Of a stretch of 64,000 nt of DNA, positions 55,901 to 64,000 are shown in pieces (position 1 is the stretch's first letter; the number at the start of each line of letters is the position of its first letter). The stretch is from Schizochytrium sp. TIO01. Its lineage: Eukaryota; Protista; Bigyra: Labyrinthulomycetes. The stretch is from the NCBI GenBank assembly GCA_004764695.1, contig SMSO01000031.1:7856761-7920760 (forward strand), given 5' to 3'. Under the pieces are notes generated by a model, which saw only the letters and a program-made list of their open reading frames with translations, ran no database searches and was not told the DNA's origin. A program made the position numbers and the translations under genes.

Positions 55901-58612
55901 GGCAATAGATACCCTGGAAGGCTGCGACCCGGGCTGTTGAATTTGCGGGCTGTTGAATTGTTGAGTTCTATTTGTAGTTGCAGAGAAGTCGAAGTGCTTT
56001 CAACCTTAGTACAACAATCTAAAAGTAGATGACCGATATAGATTGATTCTAGCGAGCAGAAACCTAGTTGGTAAATATCATATTTAAACCAGCGCTTCTT
56101 TGTTAAAGAAGATGGAGAGATTCGCACATAAAACTGACGATGTACTAAGGGTTTGACTGGGAAAGGTATTGATGATCATCATCGTTCTTGGTACTCTGCT
56201 GAATAATCCTGTATCTTATGTTGGATGAGAGCAACGCGATCCACTCTCCTCGCTGGTACTTCAACGACTGAGTAAAAGCCAGAACACACTGAAGCCCGGT
56301 TAAGGAGTACGATTTGGTTCTTGCAGGTGATAGATCGCATAAGAATTTTGTGCTACTGTCCAGATTAAACGGAAACCTGGTTCTCTTTGACTGATCAACT
56401 GCTATAGGTTATATACTTCTCTCCTCTCTAGACATGTTGAAATTTTAGGCATGCTCTCAAACAGATGAATATATACAAGCTGACATTTGTAGCATATTAA
56501 GATTTAACTTATACATACCTAGCTAGGGTACTTACTTGTGTATCAAGGCAAAGGATTGTTCACCGGGTTGGTTCTATTACAGGTCGGTTTTCCATTGTAT
56601 ATATCTTGAGCGCTGTCCCTGCACTTTAAAAATCTCTTTTAGTTTCGAGCAAACCCGCTTTCGCAAGAAATCCAACTACCATCAGAGTCTTCAATATTAT
56701 AGTTGATACGACAGTTCATCAATTTGTAATGCAAACCATATATTAATGAGATTAGTTAGATCCATATATATATATATATATATATATTCGCATGTCCAAA
56801 TCTCGCTTCATGTTCTATTTTCTGAATAAGAAAAAATCAAGACACGTAGAGAGAATCTTTTTTTAACCTCATACATATGGCAGCTCAGAACCCGCAAGAG
56901 TCTAACATGAATCATAAACCCTGTATGCTATGGTTATCTGCCAAAATGTCTAGCAAGGTCTTCACAGTCCCTTTCCCTGCAAAAGGACATTTTGCATGGA
57001 GCAATGTTCACTGCAAACACCTCTACGTCATCCACATTATGATCATCACGCTAGCCGGACGATAGCAGTGATTTTTGCAAGCAGCTTCGTTGGACCCTGC
57101 ACTGAGGAGTTGTTGCTCTTGAAGACCGTCAATTTCCCTGCGAAAGAGCCCAAGATCAGACGGTTCTCATAGATCTGCATTTGATCTTGGCCAGCAACAT
57201 CCACAAAACGACCTAGATCACCATCAGCACCACCACCACCAGTGCTACCAGCATCAAAACAGCAGCCACACCTCAGCCACACCCTGAGAAGCTTCAAGAG
57301 TTATGAAATCCCTAGCTCATAAAGGTAGCACACTAATGTCTCGCACGTGCCTCGACCCAAGGGTGACCTTTTCTAGCACTAGCCTACTACAGCTACCATG
57401 CCCCAGGTCCTATATGCAATTAATGGACTCCTATTCTCCCTCTCTCGCCTCCACGCGGCCATATTCAGATTGAATTCGAACAGTCTCCTGTGTGGAAGCT
57501 CTATAGCCTACTTGTAGATTTGGGTTGCAAGTGGACTAAACAATGTACAAGTGGGTTATAGGCGATATATCCCACTTGGGCAAACTTCCGTCAAGGAACG
57601 AAGCCCGGCCGCTGAGAAGCCTAGTGTTGGGTAAGAGAGTGTTAAGGCTTGTCAACAGATAGACAGACAGCTAAAGAGTCAAGTGATGAGTGCTATAGTA
57701 AATGGTAGGCAGTCGATGTAAGTACTCGATGAAGAAATAGACTAACTTATAAAACTCGTTAACCTTGAACTGCAAACGATACTGTGATGGAGAAGAGACG
57801 AAGAACGCTGCGAGGGCCTCTGCGAATGGGGAAAACTGAACGAAAACAACGGCTTTGTAGAGTCTCGCAGGCTCACAGTAAAGCAGACATAGGCCAAAGT
57901 GAGGAAAGTTGAGAAAAGTGAAGAAAATGTAGAAAAAGAGCAGAAAAAGAAAGTACCTAATTGCTGTGGCTAGTAGTATTAGGTGAGTCTTATGAAAGTA
58001 GGGTATAAAATGCTATACAGTAGAGAATGGTGGGCATAAAGTGAGTAATGGAGAACTATGAATGGGTTATAAGGTGGTTTAACCCACTGATGAGAAGGCC
58101 TTAAAGGAAGGGGCTCTCCATTCCCCCTTCGACGCCTCGCGCTCGCCGCGGAAGGCGTCTCTCGCGGCGGTTCGAGCCGCGCGGACTCCCTCGGTCGCTA
58201 AACGCGTACATCGCACGCAGACGCAAAGCCATCTCGTGAAGTTGCGCTGGAAACAGCAAGACTGAAAGCCGGGACTGCACTCATTGAGGCAGCGGCGCAT
58301 TTGAAGAAGCTCAAGAAAGAGCGAAGAAACAAACAAAACGAAAGGAGAAATATATTGAAAATTAGTGGGATAGCAAGCAAGAACCAGTTGCGTGACGAGG
58401 AAGGGAAAAGGACGTCAGCATTTGATATCTACATACCACCTCGCTCATATTACTACGTTGGACCTCGTCGTGGCAGATCACATTTTTGAGTTGTTGCTAT
58501 CAGCAGGTTCCTCCTCCTCATATACCTTTTCAACGAAATACTGTTCTACTTTTACAAACTATTTCTCTCGGTTTTGAAAGACCAAGATCTCAACTCTCGC
58601 AACGCACATAAA

Positions 58613-60668
58613 ATGGAGGTTGAGTTTAAGCAGCTTGTCGCGCAGCTCCGATCCAGAGCTGGAGATGAAGGAGAAGAGGAAGCCACAGCGCAACAAATTG
58701 CAAAGGACCTCCATGGGGCTCGCAGCTTGCTCGTCAAAAAACAGGACTTCCAGGTACTAACAGACCTTGCCCTCGATACTCCTTCGAAGGCTGTACGCAG
58801 GGCCTGTGTAGAAGCCCTCGCCACGCTCGTCCCGATTGTTAAGAACTCTGAAAAGGTCTTCGATGAGAACTTGCTCTCAGTATGCCTGGGATTTGCAGAG
58901 GATGCTGAAGCAGGTCCATCATGCTTAGCAATTCTAGTGCTAATCTTTTCCAGCAATGATCATGAACTTGTTGCTAAGGCAGTAAAACGGGGTGGCGTTG
59001 ACACGCTGCTGCGGGCCATCCAAAACGCGTACACGAGGTCAGAACCTAACCGTGTGGCAGATGTATTGCTTGGCGGGCTCGTGGCGTTAGCACAAACCCC
59101 AGAATATGCCTTAGAATTGCACGAAAAGTCTCTGTGGTCATTTCTCATGTCTATGTACGAACGAACGCAAACAGTGACAACAAACTTTCTGAGGGTAACG
59201 CAATGCGCTGTACAGCAGCTGCTTGTACCAAAATTCAGACATTGCCGGGCAAAGGATGCACGCAAGGTACTGGACCTTGAGCCCAACAGCCTTCCACCCA
59301 CAGATATTCTTTACGAGTACTTCCCGAGCAGAGGCTATACTGAAGAAGATGGTCTGGTTGACGAGTACAAGATGAATGAGGCTGACATGGACCTTGCAAG
59401 CCAAGTCTGCTACCAAATCTCACAAAGTGGCCTTCTGCTTCTTGTGCTCGGGCTTACTCGCCGGATTGAACATCATGCACTGACAGAACTTTGCCTTGAC
59501 ACCCTTGGAAACTTAGCACCAGTTATGTACAAGACGCTCACGCGGAGGTCGCGCATCTCTCTCGTCAGAGAGCTTGTCAACCTTGTGCCATCTCTGCGCG
59601 ATTCTCGACTAAGCTCAATAGTTGTTATTCTGGAAGTGTTCACTGGTGAAACAGCCAATCAAGAGATTGTCTGTCAGTGTGCAACTGTGCCTGCATTTGC
59701 TGAAAAGGGTCTGCGAATGCTTCAGCGCCATGATGCTGAGACGCGGCGTATTTGCCGATCGATTGTTGATCTCTTTTTCCAAATCAGTATGTTGCCCAAT
59801 GGGCCAGCAGAACTTAGCACACAGATGAGCGTACGTTTCCTTCAGGAAGCCATGGCAGACATTGACCAGATCAAGCTGAAGCGTCGCTCGCGTGATAGTC
59901 GTGCCTGGATGGAAGGCCTGGAAGTTAATGCTCTTCTGACGCTTATCAACGTCGCTTTACAATCTCCGGTGATGACCAGCATGACTGAAGCAAACCTGCA
60001 CCAAGCTTTAGGAGTGGCCTCCGCACGTCCCGACGAACTTGGATTGCTAGCTGTCTTGGGCTCTTCCTTTTTTCTCGGACGCTCCACGGCCGCCTATAGC
60101 TCTCGTGAGCTTCCGAGGCTTCAGCCTGAACACGTAGGTCTTTTGACCACCTTGTTTACAGCAACAGCAAACGGCGAGCCAAGCTTCGGGGAGGTTTACT
60201 GGTCCACTTCAGAGCTTTTGCAAGCGATGAACTATCTCGCATTGGCTCCTCACAATGGTATTGAGCTCAAACCTGTGCTACCGAGCATTCCTAGCGGCTC
60301 TGCGGACCATGGTCAAGGATGGCCCCAAGGCCGACGCAGAGCAGATTTCGTTACTTATCAAAGTACTCCTTAGCATGTCTTACCACAAGGAGATCATGTC
60401 TGAGTTGGTCGCTCGCCACAACCATGTAGATAAGCTCTTGCGCCAAGCCCGTCGGCTCTTAGCTGGCATGGATGATTCGCAGCGTGATATTGATACATTG
60501 TTGACCAGCATCGATTCTGAGGAAGTTGCTAAAGAGCGTTTACCATATCGATTCGGCAATTCTGGAGTTGCATTCGTAAAACGTGTTTCGCGTTCTCTTG
60601 CGCGGTCCAGCCTAACAAAGTCTAGATTTTCAAAGAGCTCCTCTGCAACTACGTCCTCTACCTGCTGA
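58613..60668 (+). CDS. ARM/HEAT-like alpha-solenoid protein; frame change near 60255-60290
   Basis: Leu-rich helical ORF 58574-60373 (VRRACVEALATL, GGVDTLLRAI, LCLDTLGNL). The helical pattern continues in the +1 frame (AFLAALRTMVK...LLIKVLLSMSYH) to 60668. Confidence 0.7.
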
Positions 60669-61776
60669 GCAGATGCTTGTGCATATTTGCACCGCCGTGA
60701 CTATTATTACCCCTCCGACTCCTACGTTCATTTGCACAATGAATGTGTCCGAAGGTCGGGGAAGAAATCGTATGTGCTTTTCCCCTTCCCACTTCTGGCG
60801 TGTAATCGTGTTGTTGTTTACAGCCAGGATGTGTTTGTACTTTTATTCTTTCCTACTCGTCTCTCTCACTCTTCTTTCCCTTTTTCTTCACTTCATCCTT
60901 TTACTGTTGTTACTTTTGCTGTTATTGTTGTTACCACTATTTTTCGTCATGGTGGCTTTTCATCATTACAAATGTATTTTGTGCAAGTAACAGAGGCAAA
61001 AGATGGCGCTCGGTCTTCATTTGTTGCCATATTTACCTTTGTCCTCAGTTATACTTTCTATTATACTTCACTCTTCAGCCTCCTTTACTGTGTTAGCCGC
61101 CAGCTTTCACTTTCTAAAAGGCACTGCAAGCAGTTTTAATACCATTATTCGCACTCTGCATGTTCCCCTTCCATCTGCATCTGTGTAACACTTCTGATGC
61201 ATTTCTAATGCATTGCTGACAACTACTTTTACTTTCCATAGCTTTTTCCAGCTTTCTTCCTCTCTGGTTCCTCCTGTTTGCTGCAGAAGTACCAGCAATC
61301 TCCTTTTATAAATTTAATCCTTTAAAAACAAAGCCAAACCATACTTTTGTTTTTTTTTTTTGCTTCCTCAGAACCTCTTATTCATGTACCCCAAAACTCA
61401 TCAAGAACGTCTCATTCGCATTCGCATTTACGAAATTCGTCAAACATCACATTTTGTCCCTTTTTTACTGCCTTACGCCGCGACGCGACCGTGTCAATTA
61501 TCCTAGGATTTCCTATGTCTAAATAGGCCTCTTAAGTTCACCAGCTAGAGAAAATGGTCCAAAGACCACTGCCTTTTCTTTCTCTACTCTGTCCTAAGCC
61601 TAGGTAGGTGCAACCTAGTAAGTGCTACTCCGCAGGCCTTTCTATAAAAACTATCAATGTTAGCAGCACTTTCTGAGTTTATTTCACTTTATGATAGTGA
61701 ATTTTAGAGTATTTATATACGTAATCAACTCTATACTCTATAGTACAGGGCGAATTAAAAGTTAATATAACCTATG

Positions 61777-61781
<5 letters not shown>

Positions 61782-61817
<36 letters not shown>
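61782..61817. repeat. (GA)18 microsatellite
   Basis: Directly visible. Confidence 0.95.
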
Positions 61818-61819
<2 letters not shown>

Positions 61820-62239
61820 TAAGAGAAAGAAAGAGGTTTGGCAGCTCACGCTTTTTTTTTTTGCTGCTGAGAAGAAGACGACTTGCGCAGAACAGGGTCT
61901 CTCGAGGTAGGTTGGGACGCTCGAATCGGCACGACAGGAGGCACGGATGACCATACAGGAATATTTGCTCTCAGCTCTGGAGGGCTCTTGTGTGGAGGCC
62001 TTGCTATTGGCATGACGGACTTGCATGAATGAGCGGCGGTCGGCACTCGCTGCTGCTGGTGGTGGGCGCAAAGAATGAAAGCAGACGACTGACGAGGAGG
62101 ATTCGAACGGTATATGTGCATGTAAATAACGACCATGGGGCACAATTGCAACAACTTTCTCTCGATTTGGGGGTTGATTTCACCAAAATATGGATGCTCG
62201 CAGGTTTGAGAAGCATATATACACTTAACAGGCAGTAAA

Positions 62240-62803
62240 ATGGCGACCAAGGCTCTTCAGCACGTGGCCAAGGCCTCCGTGAAGCTTGCTGCTTTTGAGC
62301 CGTCCAGTGTTCTCGCCAAGGACTTCGTCGCTGTTGCGCAGTCCCCGAAGGTGAAGAAGAACTGCCCGGCCCTCGAGCTCAAGGTTAAGGTCCTCGACCC
62401 TGCTAAGCTTACCGCGGATTACATCAGTACGTGAACTCAGCAAAGAGCTTTGGAGATAAATTTTTCCTAAACCCTTTTGCTTGAATTTAAATGCTCATCT
62501 TAACCTACCTGGTCCACTAACGACTTGTTGTTTGCTACGTGATTTGTGTTTAACGCAACATATTCGCAATATGATTATTCCTTGGGCATGTACGTGTGCG
62601 TGCGTGTTCGTCTTTCGATGATGCGAACCACCATTTGTAATAAAAATTCATCATGAATAGAATCCGACAAGAAGCAGTCCACAGTTCACCTGACATTTGG
62701 TGACAAATCAGAAAAGACCTTCGATACCACATGGAGCATGCAGGAACTCCTCAAAGCCTGCGTAGATCACGCCGATGAGCGCGAGATCGCCATCGTGAAA
62801 TAA
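62240..62803 (+). CDS. MRPL53: Mitochondrial ribosomal protein mL53-like, 2 exons (62240-62426, 62661-62803), 109 aa
   Basis: Spliced product ...VKLAAFEPSSVLAKDFVAVAQSPKVKKNCPALELKVKV...STVHLTFGDKSEKTFDTTWSMQELL matches the mL53 pattern; GTACGT...TAG intron gives 110 codons. Confidence 0.72.
62427..62660 (+). other. Spliceosomal intron (234 bp)
   Basis: GTACGT donor and TAG acceptor; frame-preserving join. Confidence 0.8.
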
Positions 62804-63681
62804 ACACCTGCCATTGAGTTCATTCTTTCCGCCTTCAACTCTTTCCTCTTCCCAACGTTTCCTATATCTCTAACACCATCCCATTAGCCACTTAAACACA
62901 TCCCATTATTCGCTTTCCATAAACAGTCTTCTGTCCACTCTATGCTCAAAATGCTCAAAACGCTTATTAAAATTAACCCCTTGTCACTTGTCGTGTTCTA
63001 TGGATCTTTTGGACCCAGAGGTAGAGCAGCAGCAGTAGCGATAATAACAACAGCAGCTAGAATGTCAAAAGTAACTCCCACAAATCACCCATTCAAATGA
63101 TAAAGCTCATCTTTACTCAAGCTTTCTCAACGTTTCGCAGGAAATCAATACGCGAGCCCACACCTGCATCCCCATTTCAGACTCAACATCAAGACCCCCA
63201 ATCTCCGCGCTCCAAATCCACATCACATTTCATCTCCTTGCCCACTCTTCCATACATCCACTTGCTGCCCTTGAACAACCACCATAAAAAGCAGTACCTA
63301 CGTTGGTCCCACATTAGGCCCCTGTTAATGTTTAGTTGCAGCTGCTTTGGTCCCACTCATTCTTTCTAATTATAGAGAACAAAGGGAGAAAGAACTTCAT
63401 TGCAGTAGCTGGGAATAGAAGGTCCTAGTGTGTTTGTAGGGCAGCGAGAATAAGAGGTCTAAAAAGAGACCTATCAAAGTTGCGGCAGCGAGGCCTTTTA
63501 CTTGCTGTGCGGCGACAGCGTGCATTTCCGATTGCCGTGCTCCGCCGCGCCGCAGAGGCAGCAGCTCCGGGCGCTCAAATATTGCGTGGAAGGCCCGCGT
63601 CATCGTCTGCTGTGCTTTTTCTTCGCGAAAAGGCTCACTCCTGGTTGATTTCGAGCCCGAAGGCTTGAAAATCTATAAGCA

Positions 63682-64000
63682 ATGATGATGCTGCGCAGCG
63701 CCTCCTTTGCCGCCTCGCGCGGAATCCGCTCCCGCGGTGGCTCCCTTGTAGCCTCTGCCGCCAGGCCTATCGCAGCTCACCAGGCTCCCGCTCTTGCTCC
63801 GGTCCAGAGCCGCGGCTTGAAGAGCTCCGTGGTGCTCCGTGAAGGCTTCTTCGAGCGTCTCAGCAACTCGCTGCAGAGCCGCGCCGAGTCCAAGCAAGAG
63901 GCTGGCCGCCAGGAGATGGAGAAGGACCTCATTACTCTTATGAAGGATTCCGACAGCTTCCCGCTCTCTGTTTACAGGGAGGTCATCAAGGTACGTGTTT
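63682..64000 (+). CDS. First exon (63682-63990) of a mitochondrion-targeted protein; gene continues beyond the window
   Basis: 103 open codons MMMLRSASFAASRGIRSRGG...GFFERLSNSLQ...FPLSVYREVIK with C/G-ending codon bias, ending at a GTACGT donor (63991). Not in the ORF track. Confidence 0.8.
   Translation, partial: MMMLRSASFAASRGIRSRGGSLVASAARPIAAHQAPALAPVQSRGLKSSVVLREGFFERLSNSLQSRAESKQEAGRQEMEKDLITLMKDSDSFPLSVYREVIKVRV

Noticed and set aside
58087-58135. Hammerhead ribozyme (CTGATGA followed by a GAAGG/CCTTC stem)
   Set aside because: The stem is followed by GACG rather than GAAA, and stems I and III are not evident.

Overview
Eukaryotic nuclear DNA that is intron-poor, microsatellite-rich and roughly balanced in GC. 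The gene content (ciliary B9D2, PPP1R21, SPRYD7, full-size PDR-type ABCG pumps, a Zn2Cys6 factor) suggests a flagellated stramenopile such as a thraustochytrid; this is inference. Layout: 1-21.7 kb holds a tandem minus-strand array of three PDR/ABCG transporters with repeat-rich spacers (one intact, two with single +1 frameshifts, and a ~98%-identical NBD2 tract shared by copies 1 and 2). 21.7-29 kb lacks long ORFs. 29-43.6 kb is gene-dense: mitochondrion-targeted degenerate thymidine phosphorylase, hypothetical protein, spliced SAM methyltransferase, PPP1R21, C2/coiled-coil protein, spliced B9D2, DOT1-like methyltransferase, SPRYD7. 46.9-64 kb holds a RhoGAP-like/DH fusion, a small Cys-rich membrane protein, a Zn2Cys6 factor, a frameshifted ARM-like protein, spliced mL53 and the first exon of another mitochondrial protein. 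I recognised no rRNA, tRNA, CRISPR array or intact mobile element. Best leads: (1) the 165-aa Cys-rich protein, which resembles a hypothetical family I recall only from DPANN archaea and CPR bacteria; (2) the mitochondrial pseudo-thymidine phosphorylase; (3) the Walker A K-to-V and Walker B E-to-Q NBD1 of the PDR array; (4) the arginine-finger-less RhoGAP fused to a DH domain. All family calls come from motif recognition by eye, not from database searches.
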